DNA of 46,173 nt from a bacterium. Lineage in GTDB: Bacteria > SZUA-182 > DTGQ01. The stretch is from assembly GCA_040752695.1 (NCBI GenBank), contig JBFMGO010000035.1, forward strand, positions 1 through 46,173, written 5' to 3'. This document shows positions 9,898-19,897 of this stretch, piece by piece (positions within the stretch are counted from its first letter, which is position 1; each line of letters starts with the position of its first letter). The notes beneath the pieces were generated by a model. The model saw only the letters and a list, made by a program, of their open reading frames with translations, did not search any database and had not been told where the DNA came from. The position numbers were made by a program, and so were the translations under genes.

Positions 9898-10668
9898 TTA
9901 GAAAAAGAGTGCAGTCATGAAATAATTGGAAACAATAATAAGCATATATGCCATAACCACAGCGCCCGTCGTGGCATTGCCTACACCGTGGGCACCACCT
10001 TCGGCATAAAATCCCTTGTAGCATCCTACGACGGTGATAATGACGCCAAATACGGCAGCCTTGAATATACCGCTGTAAATATCCTGATAAACCAGAAAAT
10101 CAAAGGTTCGCCGGATATAAACCACCGAATTGGCGTGTAGAAAATAAACGCTGACCAGATATCCACCGATAATGCCCGTGATATCGGCCAGAGCAGCCAG
10201 AATTGGAAGCATGAGCAGACCAGCCAGTAAACGGGGAGAAACCAGGTACTCTATCGGATTGACCGCAAGAGTTGTGAGAGCGTCAATCTGCTCGGTAACC
10301 CTCATGGTCCCCAACTCGGCTGCAATGGAGGACCCGGCCCGGGCTGCCACGACCAATCCGGTCAGGACCGGTCCCAACTCCCGCGTTACGGACAGAGCGA
10401 CTACTGTTCCGACCAGGGACTCGGCATTGAAGCGCTTGAACCCTATATGGCTCTGCAAGGCCAGAACCATACCGGTAAAAGCGGCCGTAATCAGCGTGAC
10501 CGAAAGCGATTTGACTCCCACCTCCTCCATCTGGCTCATTATCAGTTCAAATCGAAAAGGAGGACGGAAAATCCCTATGAGCGCCTGTATGAAAAGGGTA
10601 CTCAACCTTCCCGTTTCGCCAAGAAAATGGGAACATTGCCTCCCTATCTTATTTAAAAATCTCCTCAA
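9898..10668 (-). CDS. mlaE: MlaE-type ABC permease
   Basis: RELGPVLTG, AAELGTMRVTEQIDAL, GAHGVGNATT; TTG start. Confidence 0.93.
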   Translation of the reverse strand: MRRFLNKIGRQCSHFLGETGRLSTLFIQALIGIFRPPFRFELIMSQMEEVGVKSLSVTLITAAFTGMVLALQSHIGFKRFNAESLVGTVVALSVTRELGPVLTGLVVAARAGSSIAAELGTMRVTEQIDALTTLAVNPIEYLVSPRLLAGLLMLPILAALADITGIIGGYLVSVYFLHANSVVYIRRTFDFLVYQDIYSGIFKAAVFGVIITVVGCYKGFYAEGGAHGVGNATTGAVVMAYMLIIVSNYFMTALFF

Positions 10669-10727
10669 AAAACCTCACTCTCCTTTTCCTTGCAGCCTAC
10701 TCTTCGGGTCTTTCAAAAAGCAGGGGA

Positions 10728-11873
10728 TTAAATCTCCCCCCTCTCCGATTCATCATGATCGAAGTATACCCGCTCGGCCCTACGCCCAAAAGAGCACAGC
10801 ACCTCATAAGAAATTGTGCCCAATTGCTCAGCCAGTTTTTCCACCATAAGACCGCCCTCTTCACCTCCCAGCAAGATGACCTCATCTTGGACCTCAACAC
10901 CGGCGATATGAGTGATATCGATCATGGAGATGTCCATGCAGATAGTTCCCACCACCCGGGCTTCGCAACCTTTGACCAGAACACCCGCCCTGTTAGAGAG
11001 AACCCTGCCAAAGCCGTCTGCATAACCGACCGCAACGGCGGCGATCCGCTTTTGTTCCTGACAGGTGTAGGTTCTCCCATAGCTGATGCTGTCTCCCTCC
11101 ATCATGTGGCGAATCTGCATAATCCGGGTCTTCAGGGTCAATGGGAACTGCAAACGGATATGGTCCTTCAGGTGGCTGGCAGGGTAAATGCCATAAATCA
11201 TCAGGCCCGGCCGTACCAGATCATACCAGGTTTGCGGATATTGTAAGAGAGCGGCGCTGTTGGCCATATGCTTTATCAGAATATGAACCCCCTCGCCATC
11301 CAGTTCCGCCAAAAACTGTTGAAACCGCTCCATCTGTAAAAGCGTGTAGGCATCCTGCTTGATATCGGCGGTAGCAAGATGGGTAAATACCCCCTCTACC
11401 TCCATGTTCGGCAGTTCCTTCATGAGGAGGATTTCCCCGACAGCATCCTGCCAGGGCAGACCGAGCCTTCCCATGCCGGTATCAATTTCCACATGGATTT
11501 TGGCCATCACGCCTTCTTCCTGCGCCGATCGTGAAATGGCTGCAGCTTCATGCAAACCCCCGACAGCCAGGGTCAGGTCATTCTCCATTGCAGGCTCAAG
11601 ACAGATTTCGCTTCCGCCACCCATGACCAAAATAGGACAGCGGATGCCGGCTTTTCTCAAAACTACCCCTTCATAAATAAAAGCCACGCCCAAAGCATCG
11701 ACCTCCGGCTCAATGGCTCTGGCGACAGGAACCGCTCCGAGACCGTAAGCGTCCGATTTAACAACAGGCATTATTTTTCTTGACGGGCCAACCATTTTCC
11801 GGATGCTGCGGATGTTCGCCCGGATTGCGGCCAGATTTATTTCAGCAACTACTGGCCTATGAACACTGCTCAT
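10728..11873 (-). CDS. alr: Alanine racemase
   Basis: VKSDAYGLG (PLP lysine), DTGMGRLG, RPGL, GYADG, ICMD. Confidence 0.94.
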   Translation of the reverse strand: MSSVHRPVVAEINLAAIRANIRSIRKMVGPSRKIMPVVKSDAYGLGAVPVARAIEPEVDALGVAFIYEGVVLRKAGIRCPILVMGGGSEICLEPAMENDLTLAVGGLHEAAAISRSAQEEGVMAKIHVEIDTGMGRLGLPWQDAVGEILLMKELPNMEVEGVFTHLATADIKQDAYTLLQMERFQQFLAELDGEGVHILIKHMANSAALLQYPQTWYDLVRPGLMIYGIYPASHLKDHIRLQFPLTLKTRIMQIRHMMEGDSISYGRTYTCQEQKRIAAVAVGYADGFGRVLSNRAGVLVKGCEARVVGTICMDISMIDITHIAGVEVQDEVILLGGEEGGLMVEKLAEQLGTISYEVLCSFGRRAERVYFDHDESERGEI

Positions 11874-13237
11874 GAGAAATAATCATCTTCCTTGGCTAAG
11901 TTTTTAAATTTAGTAAAATCCTTGAGAAAGGCCACCTTTACGGTACCGATCGGCCCATTGCGCTGCTTCCGGATAATCAATTCCGCGATGCCTGGCTCAT
12001 CTTCGGGATTATACATTTCCGGACGGTAAAGAAAAGCGATTACGTCTCCATCCTGCTCAATGGCCCCGGATTCGCGTAAATCCGAAAGTATGGGACGTTT
12101 GTCTTTTTTATCGCGTGTCTCTACGGCCCGGCTCAACTGCGACAGGGCGATAACGGGAATATTCATCTCTTTGGCCAGCCCTTTCAGCGCGCGGGAGATT
12201 TCGGAAATCTCCTGCTGCCGGCTTTCCCGGCGGTTTTGGCCCTGGATCAATTGAAGATAATCAACCATTATCAAGCCCAGTCCTGTCTCTTTTTTAAGGC
12301 GACGGGCCCTGGCCCGCATTTCCATAACCGTAATCGTAGCCGAATCATCGATATAAATGCTGGCCTCTGACAATTTAGCCGCCGCCTGCACCAGTCTCTC
12401 CCAGTCCCGCTCACCCAGATATCCTGTTCGCAGCTTATGGCCGCTGACCTCAGCTTCGGAACACAGCATACGCAACACTATCTGCTCTTTGGCCGTCTCC
12501 AGACTGAAAATCAACACCGTGGCCCCGCACTCGATTGCCGCATGCTGGGCAATGTTCAGGCACAGACTGGTCTTACCCATCGAGGGCCGTGCGGCAATGA
12601 TGACCAAGTCCGTATTCTGCAATCCAGAGGTCATGGCATCAAAATCAACAAATCCTGTGGACAATCCCGTTATTTGCGACTTATTCTCATACAGCTTTTC
12701 AATCATCTGAAAGCTGCTCGAGAGAATGTCCCGGATAGACTGAACACCGGCTTGCGTTCTGTTTTCGGTAATATTAAAGATCAGCCGCTCGGCGTCATCG
12801 AGGAGGTTTTCAATTTCTTTGTGCTCTTCGTACCCTCTTTGGGCGATTTGCGTTGCAGCGGCAATCAGTTGGCGTGCCAGGAACTTTTTATGCAGAATCT
12901 GAGCATAAGACTTGATATTGGCAGCGGTGGGAGTTGAATCCACCAGGGTCATCAGGTAGCTGATTCCCCCAGCCTCCTCCAGTTCGTTTCGACTGACGAG
13001 TTCATCCTTGAGAGTTACCAGATCGGGGAGAATTCCACGGCTGTATAAATCCAGCATGGAAGAAAATATTTTCCGGTGCGCTGGATCATAAAATCTATCC
13101 GGTAGAATAATATCAATGACTTTACTGATAGATTCCGGTTCCAGAAAGACCGCTCCCAAAATCGCGCGCTCTGCATCCCGATCCTGAGGCGGCAACCTCA
13201 GCGCTATTCCTTCTCCCGGAGGTCCTTCTGACTTCAT
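11870..13237 (-). CDS. dnaB: Replicative DNA helicase
   Basis: ARPSMGKT, DYLQL, LSQLSR, DLRESGAIEQD, KQRNGP; no intein-sized insertion. Confidence 0.97.
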   Translation of the reverse strand: MKSEGPPGEGIALRLPPQDRDAERAILGAVFLEPESISKVIDIILPDRFYDPAHRKIFSSMLDLYSRGILPDLVTLKDELVSRNELEEAGGISYLMTLVDSTPTAANIKSYAQILHKKFLARQLIAAATQIAQRGYEEHKEIENLLDDAERLIFNITENRTQAGVQSIRDILSSSFQMIEKLYENKSQITGLSTGFVDFDAMTSGLQNTDLVIIAARPSMGKTSLCLNIAQHAAIECGATVLIFSLETAKEQIVLRMLCSEAEVSGHKLRTGYLGERDWERLVQAAAKLSEASIYIDDSATITVMEMRARARRLKKETGLGLIMVDYLQLIQGQNRRESRQQEISEISRALKGLAKEMNIPVIALSQLSRAVETRDKKDKRPILSDLRESGAIEQDGDVIAFLYRPEMYNPEDEPGIAELIIRKQRNGPIGTVKVAFLKDFTKFKNLAKEDDYFS

Positions 13238-13320
13238 AATCCAACCTGCTTTTTTCTCACCAACATGCCCTCTTCAAGGAGGTCTTTCCAAGGGGTGAGG
13301 GAGGCTCACATCATCCGAAA

Positions 13321-13806
13321 CTACTCTTCTCCCTGCGAAGGAGTGTCTTTTTTGGTAACCGGCTCGTCCTTGACAACCCACACTTTCAGTTGAGCAGTCA
13401 CTTCGGGATGCAATTTTACCGGCACCTTGTAAATTCCCAGTATTTTTATGGGATCTTCCAAAACAATTTTTTTCTTGTCAATCTCAATGCCTTCTTTTTT
13501 CAGAGCCTCGGCAATGTCCGCATTGGTGACGGAACCGAAAAGCCGGTCATTTTCTCCCGATTTTCTGGCGAACGTAAAGGATAATCTCTCCAGTTGGGAA
13601 GCCAAATCAGTGCATTCTTTCCTGGCCTTGGCCTGGGCGGCCTTGATAAAGGATTCCTGTTTTCCCAAAAGTGCGATATTGCGGGGTGTCGCCTTGATAG
13701 CCAACTTTTTTGGAATCAGGTAGTTTCGGGCATAGCCGGGCGCAACATTGACTACCTGACCGATTTCCCCCAGACTGCTCACGGTTTTCTGTAAAATTAC
13801 CTCCAT
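13321..13806 (-). CDS. rplI: 50S ribosomal protein L9
   Basis: MEVIL...GYARNYLIP, LFGSVT. AAGGAG SD before ATG 13806; the ORF-track start at 13920 overlaps the upstream gene. Confidence 0.96.
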   Translation of the reverse strand: MEVILQKTVSSLGEIGQVVNVAPGYARNYLIPKKLAIKATPRNIALLGKQESFIKAAQAKARKECTDLASQLERLSFTFARKSGENDRLFGSVTNADIAEALKKEGIEIDKKKIVLEDPIKILGIYKVPVKLHPEVTAQLKVWVVKDEPVTKKDTPSQGEE

Positions 13807-13868
13807 ATGATTCTCCTTATAAGTAATTGCTCTCATTGACTGATAGTATAAGATAATATCAGGCAGTA

Positions 13869-14861
13869 TCAGACGCTTGTCTCTCCCGCCTTCGGCCTGA
13901 GCTTTCGAAAATCGATCCAATTATCGAAAAGACCTCCAAGAGTCAATAAAATATAGCTACCAGGGATGAAAAGAATAAAGGCTACTCCCAGATACCTCAG
14001 GAAGGCCGGAATATGCACCTTGTGAAAAAAGTAGACGATAACCGCTAGTCCCTGAATCAGATACAGGCAACTGACTACGATCAAAAAATTCAACCCTACC
14101 CTGGACGGAAGAGGCATTTTCAGGAAATACCACATGAGCCCGGCCACAATGAATACCCAGACCCAAAAGTCCGGTAAGATCCAATACCAAAAGGGCTTGC
14201 GATCCTCTACCGGAAATTCGAGAGATTGCAGCCAGTGCCGAAGGATAAAATAGTTTACCGAACTGACAAAGATCAAAAGAACGGCTAATATGGCAGGGAA
14301 TATGCTGATCAGAGTGTCTTCTATCTGCTGGGATGATTTTTTCAGCAGTGCTACCTGATCAGGTTCAATTCCTCCCTGCTCATATAATTCAATTACCTTG
14401 GACATTGACTGGCTTATTTCATGGTGCAGGCTCTCGTCCAGTCCCGTGGATGACCGCAGGGAATACATCCCCAGAAAAAAGAACAACAAAGCGATCGAAA
14501 CGATTGAGCTGATGAAAATAATCCGCTCGCTCGTAAGACCCCTCTCAAAGAGTTCGGCCAGAACAATACTTACAGAGCCAAAGATAACGAGGGCATAAAA
14601 AATTAAATCCGCTTCCGGCATGGCAATCAGTGCAACTATGCCGGCAACGAGTAATGCGCCGATCACCCATTGGCTTTTTCCCCGGCGCAGAATCAAAAAG
14701 GTTAATGGAATCGGGATGAAAGCAACCAGAAAGAGCTGAGAGATAAAGCATAAGAATAAAACCAGGAACAGGGAGCCCAAAACAGCGGAAATCTTCTTCA
14801 GGGCACTAACACTTTTAGAGTTGCTGCAACCATTGTTGTATCTTTCTTGATTACTGCTCAA
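13869..14861 (-). CDS. YybS/DUF2232 family integral membrane protein
   Basis: Multiple TM helices, QGLAV and C-terminal GLFDNWIDFRK motifs; typical position between rpsR and rplI. Confidence 0.85.
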   Translation of the reverse strand: MSSNQERYNNGCSNSKSVSALKKISAVLGSLFLVLFLCFISQLFLVAFIPIPLTFLILRRGKSQWVIGALLVAGIVALIAMPEADLIFYALVIFGSVSIVLAELFERGLTSERIIFISSIVSIALLFFFLGMYSLRSSTGLDESLHHEISQSMSKVIELYEQGGIEPDQVALLKKSSQQIEDTLISIFPAILAVLLIFVSSVNYFILRHWLQSLEFPVEDRKPFWYWILPDFWVWVFIVAGLMWYFLKMPLPSRVGLNFLIVVSCLYLIQGLAVIVYFFHKVHIPAFLRYLGVAFILFIPGSYILLTLGGLFDNWIDFRKLRPKAGETSV

Positions 14862-15078
14862 GGGATTTTCTACTCCTTAGCTTTTAACTCCGCACTCTGT
14901 GGCGGACTACTGTTCGACAGTCCTCTCCCCTCATCATAAGAACCACGAGGGAATATGACCATACACAACTCCTGTTAAAACCTGGAGACCTTGATTAAGA
15001 CCGGAAGTTCCCCCTTTTCAAAGCATTCTCTTTTGAGATCAAAAGTGAAATTCCCCTGACGCCAGGGGTACAGGGTCG

Positions 15079-15312
15079 CTATTCAGCCAGGAAGGGCAAA
15101 AGCGCAATGTTTCTAGCCCTCTTGATAGCCTGCGTTAATTCTCTTTGATGCTTGGCACAATTGCCGGAAATACGGCGCGGGATAATCTTGCCTCTTTCAG
15201 TCATAAAGCTGCGAAGCCTTCTTGTATCTTTAAAATCGATAAAGTCAATTTTCCCTTCACAAAATTTACAGATTTTCCTTCTTCTAAATCGGGTCAGCAT
15301 TTTTGCTTTCAT
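15079..15312 (-). CDS. rpsR: 30S ribosomal protein S18 (Zn-binding C+ type)
   Basis: CKFC...[19 protein letters not shown]...ALLP; start placed at ATG 15312 after GGAG. Confidence 0.96.
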   Translation of the reverse strand: MKAKMLTRFRRRKICKFCEGKIDFIDFKDTRRLRSFMTERGKIIPRRISGNCAKHQRELTQAIKRARNIALLPFLAE

Positions 15313-15396
15313 AAACTCTCCATTCAGCGAGGACTTACGCAAACTCGGTTATTCCATGCTATTGTTTTTTTTATACGGACCATTATTTCTTTCATA

Positions 15397-15804
15397 CTAA
15401 AATGGAGGATTGTCCTTCCCGTCGAATGAACTCCCATCCTGGAAGTTTCCAGCTCCTTCTGCTCCCTCATCCAATCTCTTGGGCAGGAACTGAATAGTAG
15501 TAGCCACAATCTTTATCCGCGACCGTTTTCCGCCCGTTTCATCTTCCCATCGGTCCTGTTTCAGCCGACCTTCGATTAAAACACCGCTTCCCTTGCTCAG
15601 GTATTCACTGCACAATTCCGCCTGTTTATCCCACGTCTCGATATCGAAAAAGTCCACCTCTTCCTTTTTATCTCCTTCCTTGGCGGTATACTTGCGGTTT
15701 ATGGCCAGACTGAAATGAGCCACTGCAAGACCGCTCGAGGTATAACGCAACTCGGGATCCTTGGTCAGGTTTCCCATTAATATAACTCTATTAAATGAAG
15801 CCAT
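15397..15804 (-). CDS. ssb: Single-stranded DNA-binding protein
   Basis: NRVILMGNLTKDPELRYT, EGRL, acidic tail ending in PF. Confidence 0.96.
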   Translation of the reverse strand: MASFNRVILMGNLTKDPELRYTSSGLAVAHFSLAINRKYTAKEGDKKEEVDFFDIETWDKQAELCSEYLSKGSGVLIEGRLKQDRWEDETGGKRSRIKIVATTIQFLPKRLDEGAEGAGNFQDGSSFDGKDNPPF

Positions 15805-16176
15805 TTAGTCGGTACCCTCCGCCGCTCCGGATTCTCGGAAACCGCCTTCCTTGGCTGTAACCATGGAGGATCCTTTTCCAATGTTGGCTTCCTTCATATT
15901 GACGGTCATATATTTTAAAATCTGCTCGTCATACCGGATAGCGGCATCTAATTTTTTCAAAATATCACTCGATTCAACTTGATAATCATAAGCCAGATAA
16001 TATCCCTTCTTAAATTTCTTTACCTCATAGGCTAAACGCCTCTTACCCCAATTTTCAAATTGGATTATTGATGCCCCCAGATCCTCCACAATCTTTTTTA
16101 CTTTCTGGGCAACTGTCTCCACTTCCTCTTCACTCAGGTTTGGGTTGATAATCAGTAAGGTTTCATAATAGATCAA
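15805..16176 (-). CDS. rpsF: 30S ribosomal protein S6
   Basis: YETLLIINP, WGKRRLAYEV; GGAGG SD 7 nt before TTG at 16176. Confidence 0.94.
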   Translation of the reverse strand: MIYYETLLIINPNLSEEEVETVAQKVKKIVEDLGASIIQFENWGKRRLAYEVKKFKKGYYLAYDYQVESSDILKKLDAAIRYDEQILKYMTVNMKEANIGKGSSMVTAKEGGFRESGAAEGTD

Positions 16177-16383
16177 ATGCTTTCCTCCCATCGAGATCTT
16201 AACCAAATCATAGTAATAAGACCCGGCATAATAATAAAGACCCAGCATTGATACAGACGTGCTAGGCCTTTCCCCAATGTATAAACGATAACCGATTTTT
16301 CTTTTTCAATTCATAGACTTATCATGGCATTACCAATATCTATACATGTGTAACAGAAATTCTAACATAATCAGATGGAGAAA

Positions 16384-17007
16384 TCAACCACTCTCTCGAT
16401 AATCCTTCCTTTTCATTACCTCCTGAAGGACCTCGCCCACCTGATTACGGGTCTCTTCCAGTCTGCCGTTGTTATGAATGATAAAGTCGGCATATTTCTT
16501 CTTGGCTGCAAGACTCATCTGGCTGTGAATCCTCTGCATGATTTCGGAAACAGTTAATCCGGGATGCCTCTTTTGCAGTCTGGCTATCTGGACATCCTGC
16601 TCCACACAGACTACAACGACAAAATCGACCAGGCGACGTAACCCTGCTTCGATCAGCAGAGGAACATCCAGGACTGCCAGCTTCACTCCCCGGTTTTGCA
16701 ACTGCTGTAACTCGGCTTTCATTTCCTCGATGATCAGAGGATGTACTAGGCAATTCAGCTTCCGCAAAAAAAAAGGATCTCCAAAGACGAGTTCTCCAAG
16801 CCTGACCCGATTGATCTGCGAATTTTCCGGACACACTACGGACGAACCAAAGTACTCATATACCGCCCACCAGGCAGGCTTGAAAGGAGCCATTGCTTTT
16901 TTGGCCACTTTATCGGCATCAATAACTTTCGCACCCGCCTCTTGAAACATCCGACTGACAGTGCTCTTTCCGGAGCCGATGCTCCCCGTTATTCCGATCT
17001 TAATCAT
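16384..17007 (-). CDS. coaE: Dephospho-CoA kinase
   Basis: IGITGSIGSGKSTVS, IDAD, HP, DVPLLIE, SQM, ADFIIHN. Confidence 0.95.
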   Translation of the reverse strand: MIKIGITGSIGSGKSTVSRMFQEAGAKVIDADKVAKKAMAPFKPAWWAVYEYFGSSVVCPENSQINRVRLGELVFGDPFFLRKLNCLVHPLIIEEMKAELQQLQNRGVKLAVLDVPLLIEAGLRRLVDFVVVVCVEQDVQIARLQKRHPGLTVSEIMQRIHSQMSLAAKKKYADFIIHNNGRLEETRNQVGEVLQEVMKRKDYRESG

Positions 17008-17231
17008 GTCAGTTCTTCATCATCCTCGATCTCGCAGTACCCCAAAAGAAGAATGCAAAGTGAAGTACGAAAATAGGTATGCCGATGAAATATAAAGCTC
17101 AACTAATTTAATAGCGAACGAACTTGATAGAGAACTTATGTATCTCATCATCTTACCTGAGTACAAAAATATCAGGAAATGGATAATGAGGCAAGAAGGT
17201 ATTTTACTTTATATCCATCGGGAAGAGAAAG

Positions 17232-17260
17232 TTGACATCTGCTCTATAATTCTGTATAGT
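17232..17260 (+). promoter_or_regulatory. sigma70-type promoter of the foldase gene
   Basis: TTGACA-N17-TATAGT about 100 bp upstream of the start. Confidence 0.7.
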
Positions 17261-17361
17261 TATCAACAAACCTGTCAAAAATCTCTCTTCGCCATACACA
17301 GAGGCTGTGGCCCTGCAGCTAAGCAATGGTACTATTGGATTTTAACCTCAAGGAGGAAAAA

Positions 17362-19032
17362 ATGAAAAAGATTTCCACTATCCTTATTATTCTTTGCTCG
17401 TTATTTTTCTTGGGTACACGATCCTGGGCTGACACTCAAAAGACCGTTGTCGATGTTAATGGAACGAAAATCTCCCTTGATGAGTTTAATGAGATTGCTC
17501 AGGGCCGAACAGACCGGGAAAACTTGCTCAACCAGATTATCGCCAGTATCCTTCTCGCTCAGGAGGCCAGAAGGCAGGGATTGGACAAAGACCCTTCGGT
17601 CCAGCAACAACTGAAAATGATTAATGAACAGCAACTGGCCCTGTTCTTTTATCAAAAAAAGGTTACCGATAAAACCAGACTGTCTGATAAAGAATTGGAC
17701 AATTTGATACCTGCCAAAGAGCGACAAAAAATCCGGTTTCAAGAGATCGTGACCCAGTCCAAGGAAGACGCTGCTGCTATTCTCAGCCAGATTAAGCAGG
17801 GAACCAGTTTTGAGAAGCTGGCCAAGGAAAAATCTCTCGGACGCAATGCCAAAGATGGTGGCGATATCGGTTTTGTTATCATCAACACGAACATCTTTCC
17901 GGAAGAGGTTGAAGAGGTTATCTTCAAACTTAAAGACGGAGAGGTAAGTGAACCCATCAAGACCCGGGAGGGCTACGCTTTATTCAAGGCTATTGAGAGG
18001 AAAAACTTGACCGACAAGGAACTGGAGAGTAAAAAGAATTACCTCCAATTTAAACTGGCCAAAGAAAAAACGGATCAAATTACCAGTTCCCTGCTCGAAA
18101 GCCTGCGGTCAAAGGCCAATGTCAAAGTCCTTGATAAAAACCTTGCCAAGATCGAAGAGGCAAAAGTAAAAGACGATAGCCTGCTCAAGATCCAATTAGC
18201 CGAGGTAAACGGGAATGCTATTACCCTGAATGATATCATCGGTGGACAGGCCACCTACGGGAATCCTCTGGATAGTCCTCTTTTGAAAAATCCCTCTTTC
18301 TTAAAAAATATGGTTGAAGATAAAATCAAAAATGTCCTTTTTGTTACGGAAGCAAAGCGTATCGGTATGGAGAAGGATCCTGAATTTCAAAGAAAGACGA
18401 AAATCTTCGCTGATGGCGTTCTAGCAAATAAATTTGCGATGGATATACTGTGCAAGGACATTAAGGCATCGGATGATGAATATCGCAAATTCTATGATGA
18501 ACATAAAAATGATCCGCAATTCAAAAATATTCCTGAGCGGGTAAGGGTCAAACACATCCTGGTAGACGATGCCAAACTGGCCGATGATATTATGAAACGC
18601 CTTAAAAAAGGAGAAAATTTTGCAGCCCTGGCCAAGCAGCATTCGATCGATCAGTTCTCTGCAGAAAAAGGGGGCGATCTCGGATTTATCCAGCGGGGCA
18701 GAATGGACCATGCTTTTGAAGAAGCTGCTTTTGGCACAAAAGTCGGGGATGTGAAACAGATTGAGAGAAATAACTTTGGTGCTGCTGGCGGTGGACAAGG
18801 AAAAATCTACGATATTATCTCTGTTACCGACAGAAAATCGGCTGGTGCAAATAAATTTGAAGATGTTAAAGATATCATCGAACCCACCCTGCTCTATAAG
18901 AAGCGTGAACAGAAAATCACCGATTACATCGAGCAGCTCAAGACAAAGGCTACTATTACCAAAAATATGAAGTTAGTCAATACGGCGCCTACCGCTGGCT
19001 CGATGCCGCCTGCTGCTCCACCGATTCCTTAA
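17362..19032 (+). CDS. Exported PpiC/parvulin peptidyl-prolyl isomerase with two SurA/PrsA-like modules
   Basis: AGGAGG SD; signal peptide MKKIS...SWA; two parvulin signatures (FEKLAKEKS...GGDIG and HILV...FAALAKQHS...GGDLG...FEEAAF); Pro-rich tail. Confidence 0.88.
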   Translation: MKKISTILIILCSLFFLGTRSWADTQKTVVDVNGTKISLDEFNEIAQGRTDRENLLNQIIASILLAQEARRQGLDKDPSVQQQLKMINEQQLALFFYQKKVTDKTRLSDKELDNLIPAKERQKIRFQEIVTQSKEDAAAILSQIKQGTSFEKLAKEKSLGRNAKDGGDIGFVIINTNIFPEEVEEVIFKLKDGEVSEPIKTREGYALFKAIERKNLTDKELESKKNYLQFKLAKEKTDQITSSLLESLRSKANVKVLDKNLAKIEEAKVKDDSLLKIQLAEVNGNAITLNDIIGGQATYGNPLDSPLLKNPSFLKNMVEDKIKNVLFVTEAKRIGMEKDPEFQRKTKIFADGVLANKFAMDILCKDIKASDDEYRKFYDEHKNDPQFKNIPERVRVKHILVDDAKLADDIMKRLKKGENFAALAKQHSIDQFSAEKGGDLGFIQRGRMDHAFEEAAFGTKVGDVKQIERNNFGAAGGGQGKIYDIISVTDRKSAGANKFEDVKDIIEPTLLYKKREQKITDYIEQLKTKATITKNMKLVNTAPTAGSMPPAAPPIP

Positions 19033-19112
19033 CTCTACACTATCCATAAAAAATCCTCTTGGATTAAAGTGATAATTATAGATTAAGGTGACAATTATCA
19101 TGTCACTCCTTC

Positions 19113-19147
19113 AAAGGTCTCCACAAAAACTTTGTGGAGACCTTTTT
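19113..19147 (+). terminator. Intrinsic terminator after the foldase gene
   Basis: AAAGGTCTCCACAAA-aac-TTTGTGGAGACCTTT followed by further Ts. Confidence 0.8.
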
Positions 19148-19368
19148 ACTATACACAGGGAGAAGCCATTGAAACACAAAGCGGTATCAACTTTTTGCGG
19201 ATATTACCAGATAAATCGGCTTTTCTCATGATTCCAGGCGGGCTTATCCACATTCCCCTTCCCCGTATTCCCCGGAAAATTCTCTTCAACAAGGAAAACT
19301 GAGCTTCCACACCTTCTTTGCGAAATTAAACATTTATGTGATCCGATGAATTCTGAAAGGCCGTTCAG

Positions 19369-19560
19369 CCGTCATTCTAAGCGAAGGCTTAGAATCCTGG
19401 TTTTTCAGGGGCTTCTGGATTCTAATACCATTTCTCGATTCAATTATGGCATAAGTGTCCTTATGGCCAGCGCTTCAAGGGTATGATTGCCTGGTTTCAT
19501 ATGAGAAATGAAGCTCCCCGCTTAATGACTCCTCAGGACAGGCTTCGCTTAGAATGACGG
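19369..19560. repeat. 192-bp element bounded by 18-bp perfect inverted repeats (CGTC-tagged REP/MITE-like)
   Basis: CCGTCATTCTAAGCGAAG ... CTTCGCTTAGAATGACGG; the left end also folds as ATTCTAAGC-GAAG-GCTTAGAAT. Confidence 0.7.
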
Positions 19561-19800
19561 ATAATGTGCTGCGTGGATAATAATCTATCTGGCCGCGTGT
19601 TTAACGCTGCCTGTACTATACTCCCCACTCTATACAGACAACCAGCCTGATGTCAGAGAAGCGTGTCCACCACTTTCGAGAAAAATCTGCAAAAAGGAAA
19701 AATCTGCAAATTGTCCATAGGGGTGCGGAAGCTTGGATATATCGGAGATATGATGGGAAATACCTTCTCCCTCTTAAAAACGCCTTGAAATGTTATCCGA

Positions 19801-19842
19801 AAAAAAAGGAGTGGCCAGGTAATTTCCCCGGCCACTCCTTTT
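19801..19842 (-). terminator. Intrinsic terminator after the 1705-aa gene (possibly bidirectional)
   Basis: Minus strand AAAAGGAGTGGCCGGG-loop-CCTGGCCACTCCTTTTTTT. Confidence 0.85.
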
Positions 19843-19897
19843 ATGTGAAGTGCTTATTCCGATAGATAAGCCTTTTGAGCAGCTTATCTTACTTATT

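Noticed and set aside
19062..19106. Fur-box-like GATAATTAT sequence
   Set aside because: Lies downstream of a gene, just before its terminator and not at a promoter; better explained as a 19-bp tandem duplication.
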